A DNA stretch of 45,827 bases, counting the filler, from Jimgerdemannia flammicorona (lineage: Eukaryota), in the NCBI GenBank assembly GCA_003990765.1. It is 2 parts of 2 records of this genome, joined end to end, with 100 filler letters (N's around TTAATTAATTAA, not from the genome) between each part and the next. Parts side by side here need not be neighbours in the genome. Positions count along the whole stretch, not along the records: positions 22,971 to 45,827 come from RBNJ01001193.1; 1 more part is not named here. One strand, written 5' to 3'. The notes under the pieces are model-generated. The model ran no database searches, had not been told where the DNA came from, and was given only the letters and a program-made list of their open reading frames with translations. Numbering within the stretch: the first letter of the stretch is position 1; every line of letters begins with the position of its first letter. The position numbers were made by a program, and so were the translations under genes. This document shows positions 22,971-35,379 of the stretch, piece by piece.

Positions 22971-23065
<95 letters not shown>

Positions 23066-23419
23066 ACTCTATTACTCCTGGTTGACAACTCTTATAGAAT
23101 TTGTTAAAATCTATCTACAAATTTGCTATTGAACTACTAATAGTCTTGTATAATATCTTAAAGTATTTATATTTAATTTGGATATCTCTATTTTTTGTAC
23201 TTTTTCTTTTCCTTTCTCAGATGAGATTTTACTTATTAAAGCTAGACTTGTTAAAGCTAGACTTATTGAAGCTAGACTTATTGAAGCTATATCTAATACT
23301 GAGGTTATTATCATAGTATCCTCTATAGAGGGTATAAAAGATATACCTGGTATAATTACTTTGAGAGAGTATGTATATGTATATATTATAAGTTATATCA
23401 TATATGTTTGGAATTACTA

Positions 23420-23597
23420 TATTTAGTTTTGAATTTAAAATTAAATTCTGAATTAAATTTAAACTTCAAATTGAATTTCAATCAAATTAGCCCTTAATTT
23501 AATTTAACTCAAATCAAATTGGACTCTAATTTAAATTAGTTCAAATCAAATTAAATTTGAACCAAATTCAATTTAATTCAATTTATTCTGAGCACTA
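23420..23597. mobile_element. Right end of a hAT-family element
   Basis: AATTCAAATC-type subterminal repeats ending in GAGCACTA, the same terminus as 14292 and 27823. Confidence 0.7.
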
Positions 23598-24185
23598 GTT
23601 ATACTTTTAGTCTTTTGAAGAGTGCTTGCTAGAAGTTGCTTATAAATTTTATATCTCTATTAGAGATAATTACTAATAGTAACTTATAAAGACAGAATAT
23701 ATTATTAATAAATAATTATACCATTTCTGAAACTATTATAGTGATAGTTATTATAATAAAATAAGCTTGCTTACTAAGACAATTAATAAAGATAATGATC
23801 ACTTCTTTATTTTTAATAAAGTCTATTCTGATATAATTTTAATTTTAGATAGAAATTAATTCCAGCTGAGGCTTGATTGCTAAGCTTGTATTTTTTACAA
23901 ATATCACAGGATGTGATATAGTTTTTAATGTTAGCTATTATCTTAGATCAGTAGAAATCTCAGATAATATATTAATACATATATTTTGTCAAATTTTATA
24001 TAACTGGCTATACAGATATCATATAATTCTTGTAGAATTCACAAATAAATAGAGTTGTCAGAAACTTAAATCTTTATATTTTTAAGATTCATATATCTGT
24101 TTTAAATAGAAATATTTTTATATATCTTCTTTATGATATTACTTCCTTCTTCAAGGATTTGTTTGACAATTTCTTGATATTGATA
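23598..24185 (-). pseudogene. Ty3/Gypsy integrase fragment 'D'
   Basis: NYITSCDICKKYK...FINCLSKQAYF...IISNRDIKFISNF*QALFK. Confidence 0.75.
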
Positions 24186-24230
24186 TTCTTTTTTTTTTAT
24201 TTTTTTTTTATAAGTACTAGACTTCTTTAT

Positions 24231-25467
24231 TATGATAAGTGAATAACATATATAGCTAGATAATATGAATACTCAGCATAGTATAGTTATCTATACCCAA
24301 TATCTATATATATTACTACTTATAATTAGCCAAGATACTATAACAAATTTATTGATCTATATCCTAAGGATATACCTGTGCCCATTAGACACATCTGTGC
24401 CTACTAGACACACTGTACTCAGTAGACACACCTAGTCACTCTCTTCTAAAAATAGCATTAGTGTATATTCTATAATTATCCAGATGGCAACCAAGATAGC
24501 AACCAACTCCCCAGAGACAAGAGTGAATGAACCTCAGTCTGAAATTGAAACCAAAAGCAAAAGACAAGTCTGCCTGATACACTTTGAGGGATGGGCCTGC
24601 CAAAAGCCACCTGATTCTAAAGAAAAAGGATTGCAACACTTAGGAGAAACACCTGCTCTAAAGCCACTTTTAGGAGATTGTGAGCTTGACATCTGGATCA
24701 CACTCCAGTCCACTTTCCAATACAAAGAAGAGGAGTCTGCCATTTGAGTAATCTGCCACTTAAGGAAAAGCTGCCATAGGAACCGTGCCACAAAGCCAGT
24801 CTACTTCGCAATGAAGCCAGTCCCTTGACGTAACTTTGTGCAAATGAAGCCAGTCTTTGATATAACTTTGCTCAAGAATCTGAATTATTCAAGAAGCCCG
24901 CCGATTCAGGAAGAATCCGTGCCATCCGAGTTATCCTAGTTATTATTCAAGAAGTTCGCCGATTCAGGAGGAATCCATGCCATCCGAGTTATCGAGTTAT
25001 CCACCATCCGAGTTATCAAGTTATCCGTCACCCACCATTTTCAAGTAATCCGCGTCAACCGAGCTATTCAAACAACTCGCCACTTATTAAGGAATACCGC
25101 CAATTTGCCGTGTCATGCCAGAAATCACATACTTTTGGAAGAAGTCTACCAAGATCGTCACACAGAAATCACACACTTTTGGAGATCGTTGCTACACAGA
25201 GATCGTCCACCACTCAGGAAGGAAATCGCCTAATTGACCATCCTAGAAGGAAACTGCTCATGCTACACAAATTGCTTACCCACCAAGAACTCATCCCAAT
25301 AAGGAAATCGACTGCTGCATCCAGATTTGCCTATTATACTGCTAAAACACCAACATCAGGAATTATAGAACATTTCGTTGCTTTTTGACAAAGTAACTGG
25401 GGGCTCAAGCCAAACTACATAGCAGCCCCAACCTTGTAATTTGCCTCTATTGAGCTGATACTTTACA
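24231..25467 (+). repeat. 5' LTR of Gypsy 'B2'
   Basis: Homologous to 12406-13667; ends CTTTACA, followed by TT-TGGAGGCTCAACTGGGA (decayed tRNA-Pro-like PBS, 25470-25486); internal CATCCGAGTTATC repeats. Confidence 0.85.
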
Positions 25468-26905
25468 TTTGGAGGCTCAACTGGGAAGATTTTTTTTAAA
25501 TCTATGTGATTTTTCAGCTTACAAGAACCCAATAGCCGAACTGGATACATTTGATACAACACCAATCTCTGTTACTACAGGAGAACAAGTCATTATCAGC
25601 ATTTAGATAGAAAGAGAAGTAATCATCTCAAGACTTGCCAACTATCCAGCATCAGAAGAATTTCAACCAAAAACCAGTATAGTACAGAATTCTCAATCAG
25701 TATTAAGAGATTTATCATCAGAAGACCCAATCTAATAAGATCAATCAGATCAACCTAATCAATTAGATATATAATACAGACAGTTCTACCTGAAACTTCA
25801 ACAAGCTTGCATAAGAATTAGAGGATCTTATTGCATAATCCTGGTTTTTCTTAGAAGCTTCTATTGAATCACTACCAGAACTAGCAACCACAGAAGAATC
25901 AGAAATAGTCTCTTCAAGAATACTCAGACCTATGCATTTTGTCTAAGATCAATAATACTATCTTCAGAAAACCCAAGCATCTTGAGCTCTAGTAATAACT
26001 TAAGAAGTAAATCAGAACTAGAATTAGAATCAGAATCAGAACCAGAAGACAGTGATAATGAAATAGTTACCTCAATATGAACTTTTACAAAATATCTAGA
26101 AGAAGATTCAAGAGAATTCTTTGATAGAATTGAAGAAATTTTAGCTCTAAAGAATCTCTCTGTATAGAGAAAGGTTACCATCTATAAGACTCAACTTAGA
26201 GAACCAGTCAAGGGAATTTTCAACTAAGTAGTAAGTGATATATACTCAGACCTTAGGATAGCTATTTATATAGTACCATTCTGAGAGACAAAATATGATA
26301 CCATGATCTACTGGCTTATTGAAAAATATACAGAAAATGAAATCCACCATAAGGCTCAAGAATCTATCATAGAAATGAAGATAAATATCAGAGAATCACC
26401 CAGAGTATTCTTCACTATTATCTAGAAAAGAATATATATAGATAGATTCAATACTACCAACTAAGACATTATAGGTCCAATAATCTTTATAAATGAGATC
26501 TCTCTAAATATTACCTAGTATGTCTATACTCTAGATATCAGAAAGTCAGAAGAATAAGTAGATGTAGCTCAAGAATTCTTTAATATCAGATAAGAAATTA
26601 CCTGGAGTAATTATGATAAGAGAGATAATAAGAAAGACCTCTTGGTCCAAACCCTACAAGGACTTCTTCAAAAATATAGAAAGATAGAAGAAGAAAAGCC
26701 AGTTAAGAAGTAAAAGAAAGAGAGAAACAAAATCCAAGACCTCAACTCTAAATTAGACCAATTGGTTGAGTAAATTGAAAAACTCACTATATATAAAAAT
26801 CAGAACTATCTATAAGATAATAGAGAATATATGCTATGAAGAGACCAAGACTACTTATTTAGAGATAATAGAAGCTATCAGCTATAAGAAGAAAGAAAGT
26901 ACCTA
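25468..26905 (+). pseudogene. Decayed leader and gag of B2
   Basis: FTKYLEEDSREFFDRIEEILALKN...KTQLREP, retrotransposon Gag-like; many stops. Confidence 0.6.
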
Positions 26906-26985
26906 CTGAAACAGAGCCCAAGTCCTACTTCTGGATATTGGGAGTAGATTACTAATAAGGAGTGAGATAGAATCTATGGTCTATT

Positions 26986-27028
26986 CTGCAGGATATGAGT
27001 CTGTTAAAAAAAAAAAAAAAAAAAAAAA
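26986..27028 (+). mobile_element. Extremely 5'-truncated poly(A) retro-insertion
   Basis: 20 nt plus poly(A), flanked by a 19-bp TSD ATAGAATCTATG(G/A)TCTATT (26967-26985, 27029-27047). Confidence 0.85.
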
Positions 27029-27481
27029 ATAGAATCTATGATCTATTGGCTGACAGACAGCTGAAATTGTTGAGAAGTGAGACTGGGCCAGAGTCTAGTT
27101 CTGGAGTACTGAGATATAGCAGTAACTTTTTCTGAAGTTTTGAATAGAGTAATAGTATTTGCTGAGGAATATTATATTGGACTTTTATTTAAAGTACTTA
27201 GTTAATAGTGAGTCTTTTGATTATATTGAAATATTGAAATATCTTAGTTATAGCAACTTAATATATAGTGGTACAGCTATAGCCTGACTATATCATTACT
27301 CTAAATATCATCAATATGTATAAAAGTATATAGGCTATCAATAAACAATTGCTGCTTTCTTCTCTTCACTCTTCCTAAGAATTCTATAATAAAAGATTAT
27401 GAGCCCCACTAGTGAAAGTAGATAACAAAGATAATAACACTTCTTTAATATATATGCTATACTATATAAAGATATCACACT

Positions 27482-27823
27482 TAATGCTCCTAATTAAATC
27501 AAATTAATTCAAATCAAATCAAATTAAGGATCATTCAAATCAAATCAAATTGGAGATTTTTCAATTTGAATGAATTAAATTCAAATTGAATTGAGAGTCT
27601 AATTCAAATCCTATTTTTAGAAATACAATAACTTAATGAAAACATGTTCTAATTTAACAATCATTAGCTTTTTATATTCCCATTATATAGAGGAACCTAA
27701 TAAGTTAAAGATCATTAAATTTGGAATATTTTCATCAAGTTATTATATTTCAAAAAATAGATTTCAAATCAAATTTTAAATTAAATTAGATCTTTGATTT
27801 GATTTAATTCATTGAGAGCACTA
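27482..27823. mobile_element. hAT-family MITE, 342 bp
   Basis: TAATGCTC...GAGCACTA termini; 8-bp TSD ATCACACT/GTCATACT; AAATC repeats. Confidence 0.85.
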
Positions 27824-29699
27824 GTCATACTTATTAGGTAAGTTAAATATAAGCTCACCAAGTAGTATAAGTGAGATGGGATCTAGAATAGATACTGATA
27901 GTATATATAAGTGTACCTATTACAATAGTCATAACTATGACTATTCCTATAGTAGTACTAATAATAACAATAATAAAGAGAACAATTCCTATCTTTAATA
28001 GTAAGAATTATACTCTATGAGTATATTATATAAAATATCTCTTAGAAAAATATAGTCTGAAGGACTACTAGAAGTACAGGTACAAATAATGGGATATAAT
28101 ACTATAAAGGATTATAGAATACTAAGAAAGATTATATTTACTCTTTTGAATATATAAATAAAATACTATAATAGTGAATAAAGTCTGGGAGATCTTATAT
28201 AATCACTATCAGTATCTATATCAAACAGATTCTACCTAAAAGTATAACTATTTAATATCTGAATAAAGTTCAAGAAGAGTATTTAGAACTATACTAACTA
28301 TATTGATAAGCTAGTAAATTAAGTAAATTCTCTTACATCTATGCTAGCAGATACATACTATTAAGAATGAAGATAAAGTCCTAGCCCTTATATATAGGCT
28401 TTCTGAGATATATAATGTAGTTATTACTGCTATAAGAGAATCTGGAAAATTATCAGACTATAAGCATATCATTATGAGCCTTTTAAATAAGAGAATGAGA
28501 CTGGAGGACAATGATATATATCAATGAGGATACTAATGAGAAAGCCTTCTATAGAGTATATAGATGAGACAAAGGTAAACTAAATAAAGAACAAGGGCAA
28601 AATCAGTAGTATAATAGTCAATAAGCCAATTTTAATAGTAAATACTTCTATTGTAATAAGTATAGATACTGTTAGCAAAACTGTAACTATAAGAAAAAAG
28701 AATAGAATAGTCAATAGCAATAAGAATAATATAAATAGACAAATTTTATAGATACTAATAACAATAATAAAAGTAGTAAAGATAGTAGATATTTGGTCTT
28801 CACAAAAGTATGAACCTATTTATATATAGAGAGAGATTTAGGAGTAAATTTAGAAAATACTTTTATATAAATGAAAAATATTAATATAAGTACTAGTACT
28901 AATATAAGCTATATACTGAGCACTTATATATATAGTAAAGAAGTCTGAATTATAGATTCTGGTGCAACATAGTATATAATAGTATACTGTAAGTGGTTCT
29001 CTATATATGAGAAGTTTGAGTATTCTGTATCTATCAAACTAGATAATAATAATATCATCTATACTCAAGATAAGAGTAATATCAGTATATATATATATAT
29101 ATAAGTCAACAAACCCTCAGACATCTTCATAGATATACTATATACTCTAAATATAGATAAGAATCTCTTCTCAATAGGTCAGATAAAGATAAAGGAGTAA
29201 ATATATAACTGAACAGTATAATAATAATCAATTTAAAGAATAATAAAGAGTTCATATATATATATTAAAAAGAAGAACATATATATAATCCATAGTATGC
29301 TTAGTAATATATTATCTGCATATTCTGCTATGACCAGAGAGGATCTCTAATATATATGACATGAATACTTAAGATACATTGGCAAGATAAGCTTAGAATA
29401 GATGATAAGGAGTAGTTCAATAAGAAGTTACTAGACAATATATCTCTAACTTTCTTTTGTAATAAATATATAGCAAATAAGACTTCTTGGTGACCTTTTC
29501 AGAAATAGATAAAGCAAGCAATCAGTATTCTCAACATGATATATATATATATCTGCAGCCCTATACAAATGATAACAAACTCTATAAAGAAGTATTTTAT
29601 TACTTTTATTGATAATTATACTTTTTTTTTTTTTTTTTTTTTATAGTCACTTGGACTCTGCCTTTATTACCAGTCTATGAATAAATATACATCATTCCT

Positions 29700-32600
29700 A
29701 CCCACTACCCAATCCCCACAGGGGGGCCCCTCCCTATCTCCTCACAAATGAAAATCACCCTTTCACTAACTACCCCAACTCTCCCCCCACTTTGCCTACA
29801 GATTTTCTCCACTAAATGGTGCCTCCGACCACCCCACATCCCCCAACCCAGCCACCAGCCTGTTAAGATGTCTTCCATAAGCCTATGCCACTGCAGCAAC
29901 TGGTCTCCCAAATTCTGTCTCCTCCTATCCTCAAAAACAAATAGCCAATGACTGACCAGCCCCACCCAAATAGCCAAAGCCCAACCCAAAGTAAGTCACT
30001 CCTTCCCTATCCCCCCTACCAATCTATCTCTCAAGTCCTCTCTCCTCCCCCATACTTCATCACCCCTACCCTATACCCCCAAGTGATCCCCAATTGTCCA
30101 CCAAAAATCCCCCAACACCTCACACTCTCCTAGCCAATGTTCTGGCATCTGTATATAACCCCCCACCTGCCCTACATTATGACACTCCTTACAGTCGAAG
30201 CAACCCCCTACTCCAAGGTGCCCTGAGTGAAAGTTGAGCATAACATTCCTCTGCAGCATGTACCACCAGACCACCCAGTACTTTGGCAGTAGCCATGTTC
30301 TCACTGCAGCACTCCAGGTCCAAACACCATGCCAGTTCCACTCCTCACCAATTCCAACTCCTTGCCAACCACTAGGCCACAGATCCTGACCTGGTCCCCT
30401 TTGGCATTTCATTCCATCCCCAATATTGAACTTAATTAAAGGAGTGCCACCCAGTAGTATATGATCTCATCTCCACATTGCTGGGTCCCAATCCTCCTCC
30501 CCTTCATTCCTCTGCCAATGAATACCAATGCAGTGCACCCCTTCTGCAATCCCCAACCAAAATCCTTTATATCACAGTTGTTCATTATTCTGAAGCCCAA
30601 CCAAGGAGAGGAGATTGCCAGTTGAGCCCCTTGGTGATGTCTGCCTCTCTCAAATCTTCTGTAGCAGAGGAATCCATCCACCTCCTCCCAGCTCCACTGC
30701 CCTCTTTAGCCACCTTGCTCGCAAGCAGTGTAGCCATTTTGGAATGTCAACCAGCCCAAGACCACCTCTTGCCACTGGTAGGGACAAGGTCTCCCAACTA
30801 ATCTGACTCCACCTGCCAGCCCAAATCCATCCCTTTGCCAACTTCATCTCTTCACCACCCAGGCTGGGAAGTCCAGATGATATACCAGGTACTACAACTT
30901 TGGCAGCCAGTAGACATTCAAAATCGAGACCCTCCCTGCCAAAGAAAAATGTCTTCCCCCCAACTCTGCACAGCCTCCTCCCAGATTCCAATCCTCTGCT
31001 CCCACCAAAGCCTGGGCAGAACTGACCCATAGACTGACAAGTAGATACCTAAGTACCACACTGCTTCACCAGTGGGGACAATTGTTCCTATAACTTCCCC
31101 TCCCACCAGGCCATTATCTAGCACCATTATTCACACTTATGCCAATTCAACTTAGCTCCAGAGTACTCCTCATACCACTTCACAGTCTTCTTGAGCTCCT
31201 CAACATCAGCAATCGAACCCAAACCAACCACCATATCATCAGCAAAGGCCCCAACTTTCCATCCTATGCCAAAGACAGAGAACCCTACTATCCACTGCCT
31301 AATTCTGTCTATAAGGGGTTCTAGGGAAAGAGCATACAAAATGGGGGACAATGGGTCCCCCTGGGGCACCCCCCTACCCAAGGGGAATGCTACCCCTCTA
31401 TGTCCATTACACATGAGGGCAGCCCTACTCCCTTCCAGTAGGCTGATCATTGCTGACCAGAATTGATGTGGAACCCCCATTCTATCCAAAACTTTCACCA
31501 GCCAGACTCTTCACACCCAGTCATATGCCTTCTCCTGGTCTAAGAAGACTAGATGCCCATCCAGTCCACAGGCCCTTGCCCCTTCAATAATGCCATGTAC
31601 CCAGGCAGTACCATCCCTGATGAGCCGACCACCCACAAATCCCCTCTGCTCAACACCCATGACTTGCTGGACCACCTTCTGTAGTCTTGCCACCACCACC
31701 TTAGTTACCAACTTCCTGTCCATATCTAGCAACATTATTGGCTACCAGTTCTTCCAATCCTCCCACCTTCCTTTGTTTTTGTAAAGCAGTGTCACCAGCT
31801 CAAGGTCCTGCTCCCCCACCCACCTCCCTGTCTGTAGAATAAGGTCGCACAATGCTGTCATCTCTCCCATTACCCCTGGGACTCCAACCATTTGCTTCCA
31901 AAAGTCCCAGGGCAGACCATCCTCCCCAGGTGCCGTATCTGGCGTAGTCGCGGCAAGAACCTGGTGGATCTCATCCTCTTGTACAGGCATCACCAGGTCC
32001 CCTAGCCCTTTGACATGTAGTGGGTGCCAATCCTCCAATATTTGTTCAATTGTAGCAGCATCTACCCCACCCTCCTCCTCACTCCACAATCCACTCCATC
32101 TCTCCTTCAGTGATCCAAGAATGTCCTGTATACCATGCACCAGTACACCATCAGAGTCCAATACCCCTTCCCACCATTGCTGTACCCACCTCACCCTAAG
32201 GGCCCTTGTAAGAAGCTTAGAAGGCCTCTCTCCTTCCTCCAGATCCTGCCAGTGAAGACATGCTGCCAGGCTCTGTACCCTTGCCTCTTCCTCCTCCCGC
32301 AGCACCTGTTGAAGTTCTCCAACCTCCATTTTCGCCCTCATTAATCTCCAATCTTCTTCTCTCTCCAACATCGTCAGCCTCGCCCACTCCTCCAGGAGCC
32401 TCATCAATCTGGCGGAGGCCCAATGCACTCTTTGCTTTCGCTGCTTCCCTGCCTCCTTACCAGCCTCCCTCCAATAAATCCTGGCCATTTCCTTCATCCT
32501 CATCCACTGAGTCCCAACTGAGGCCCCTTCCTGCCTCCAGTTCTCTACCCTCAGCTGAATATCTTTAGCCCACTCATCCCACTGGGTCTTGTCATCTAAC

Positions 32601-33035
32601 AAAGAGGAATTGAGGTGCCAATGTCCAGGCCCATCCCCACTTCCCCCAAAGCACCTCTGTCCCAAAAGCCCCCAATGATCCGACCATGGACACCATTCCA
32701 CCTCCAGTGACTTCCAAACATCTAGGCCCCAGCAGCTGGCTGTCAAAATCCAGTCAATTCTAGTCCCCAGACCCCCTACCCAATGTGTATAAACCCTCCT
32801 ATTCCCCCAGTACTCCCTTCCAGTATCTACTAGTGTACTTAGTCTTTCTACTTCCTCCCAAGCCACCAGACCTCCACTCTGGCTCTCAGCACCTCGTCCT
32901 CCATCTGTTCTATCCAACAGTAAGTCCTGAACCATATTAAAATCTCCCCCAAGTATATCCACCCCAGCCTCTGCAAGTAATCCACTCTCCTGTAAGCCTT
33001 TCACCCAATCTACTCTCTCACTCTGTACTGCACCT
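29700..33035 (-). pseudogene. LINE ORF2 (partial APE endonuclease, RT)
   Basis: LGGDFN, TRIDW, WSDH, APGEDG, QRGFV, FLDQEKAYD, GVPQGDPLSPILY, AFADD, YLGIY, GGLGL. Confidence 0.93.
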
Positions 33036-35004
33036 TGTCCAGATTATATTCTGCAGCCACCTCCTCCTCTTCTGCCCTCTGCATCTCCAATCCAGCCAGC
33101 AGTTCATTCATCTCTCCATCTGCCTTCTCCTCGAACTCCTCTCAGTATTCAATGCATGCCTCCTGCCAGAGCTGTAGTCTATGATGTTTGTTCCAGCAGT
33201 ATTCAGCCCTCTCTCCAGCAACAACCGCCATCTCAGCCTCCCTCTTCTTATCTACCTCATACCCTTCCTCCTCCAGGTATACTGCAAGAATTTCCACCTT
33301 CAGTGCTTTCATTATGCCATCCCCCTGCAGTATCTCTGCCCAATGTTCATCACTCATCTCTCGCAAGTCTACCTCCCCCAACTCTTCCGCTGCCAGGTTA
33401 TTCATCATCCGGCATATCCAAAGCAAGTTCCCCACTTCTTTCCCCCCTGGAGTCACTGGCCTCCCTCCATCCAACATTGTGGTATCAGCTCCAGCACTTG
33501 CAGACTCATCCCATACCTCCGGGACATCCACCAGTTCCTCCTCATCAGCTGCCACCACTTGTCCCCCATATGCTACCTCCAGAACTCCGAATTGCACCCT
33601 CTGGGCCCCTTGTATTGGCACATCTTCTACCACCCTGTTCCGGGAAGCTGGGCCATGCCTGATGAGAGAGGTAGGGGTATGGGAGCCCCCCCAGTCCTCC
33701 TCTCAAACCTCCAGTGTACCATCAGCATATGGGTCCTTCCTAGCCTTCTCCTTGTTCTCCCCTGCCTCCATCCTGTCCTTCCCCTCCCCCTCGCTGGCCC
33801 AGACACTCGCTTTGGCTCCCCCTGTGCCCTTCACCTTGCTCGCCTCCCCCGGTGGTCTGCCATCCAGCTTGGCCAGCAGCTCTTTCTGTCTCTTATGCCT
33901 CTGAGCTCTTTCCCACTGCTCCTTGGTCACTCGAATCTGTTTTCCATCCATCACCTCCAAGTGTGTCGACTCCACAAAAGCCTCCCAAGCCTTCGTTCGC
34001 CTCTCTATAGCACCACCCAGCTCTTCAAGCACTTCCAATAAATCCTCCTCCTCCTCTTCACTTCCCTTCACCCTTGTCACCTTACACAGGATTGCTCCCC
34101 AGACCATCACCAAAGGCCAGTCTCTGGCCTTCCCAGTGGCTTCTTTCCCAGCCAGCCAAATCCTCACATCCACATCATTAGTCCTAAGCAAGGTCTCTTC
34201 CCAGACCCTGAACCCGATATCCACTACCTTGCCATATTCTGCCATAAAATCCTCAACTCTCTTCCTTGTCTCCATCACCATCACCATCGGCACATCTTTC
34301 ACCAGCAGTTGGACCACCCTGGGGTCCCACTTCAGGCACCGCGCCATTGGAATACACACCTCCCCAACCACGAATCCAACCTTCAGTGCCTCCTCCAGTG
34401 GTGCTGCCTCCTCAAAACCCACCTCCACTCCTTCCAGTCCCTTCAAAAACTTCACAGATGCAGCTCCTGCCACCTGCTTAGTGATGAGCCCTAGCACTAT
34501 TTTTGTCATCACTACCAGGCTCCGGAAGCACAGTGTGACTGCAAATGCCAAGATCGATTTTTGAGTAATGGGGCCATCGCCAGACCCATTACACCATCCG
34601 CCAAGTCCCCTTGTCTTCTAAGCCTCAGCCGCTCAGCCTTGCCATCAGCCATCACATCTGGATTTTTTTCCAGATTGACAGTCCCATCACCATTAGCAGT
34701 CACACCCCCCCCCAGCTGCTACTCCCCCAGCTCCACTGCCCCCCCTTCCAAGGGCTGCTCCCCCCTGCACTGCCACCTTCTTGGTCTCCTTGCCCTTCCT
34801 CAACCAGCTCTCCAGCCCTAATGCCTGCTGTCTTCCCTTCACTATCTCCATGAAGCTCACCCTCCCAGATTCTGATCCTCTGCCACCTCCTCTACCCCTT
34901 CCACATCCACCTGCCAGCAGGCCCCTCATACCCCCCCCCAGGCCTGGACCCCTCCCTACCTACTGCCAGTCGAAAGCACTTAGGCCACCCTGCCCAGTAG
35001 GCAT
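33010..35004 (-). pseudogene. LINE ORF1
   Basis: Track ORFs 34693-34929, 33703-34551 and 33142-33633 share a frame from ATG 35004; RGG-rich N-terminus, acidic C-terminus; no clear CCHC. Confidence 0.75.
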
Positions 35005-35379
35005 CTCAGGTTGCCTACCAGTTGCTATATTGTTAGTCTCTTTTCACCAAAAACGATGTTGAAAGTGTCTTCCAAAGGTCATGTAACCTGAATGGTACTG
35101 GAAAGAGGACATTGATAATTATACTTATAAAGCCTATATATATATATACTTTTTTATAGTAAAGAATGAGATATTCAAAAATTCTAAGAATTTAAAGCAA
35201 CTATGGAGAATTGAAACAAGATATAAGATATAGACCCTATACTCAGATAACAGTAAGGATTATACCAATAAAGTCTTCAGAACTTCTTAAAGAAGTATAG
35301 TATCTAGCACTCTACAATAGTTTTCTATATACCTGAATAGAATAGTATAGCAGAATGCTTTAATTGAATAGAGTTATAG

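Larger units (their letters stand above)
29623..35110 (-). mobile_element. L1/Tx1-type LINE with both ends, internally deleted
   Basis: 15-bp TSD ATTGATAATTATACT (29608-29622, 35111-35125); AATAAA plus poly(A); ORF1 and ORF2. Confidence 0.95.
27232..35372 (+). mobile_element. Decayed Copia related to 17194-22479; 5' LTR about 27232-27393; split by a MITE and a LINE; 3' half missing
   Basis: LTR homology; PBS remnant GATTATGAGCCC; KRTIPIFNSKNY (vs KRSIPVFDRKDY), *IIDSGAT, KYFITFIDNYT continuing after 35125 to AECFN. Confidence 0.85.

Noticed and set aside
22971..23063. Long poly(A)
   Set aside because: Abuts the gap; length and origin (possibly a LINE tail) cannot be judged.
23238..23293. 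15-bp tandem repeat giving KLDLL / ASISL peptide repeats
   Set aside because: Simple minisatellite in decayed TE sequence; the ORFs are short and unsupported.
33156..34564. Long plus-strand ORFs (286, 238, 213 aa)
   Set aside because: Antisense shadows of the G-rich LINE ORF1; no motifs.
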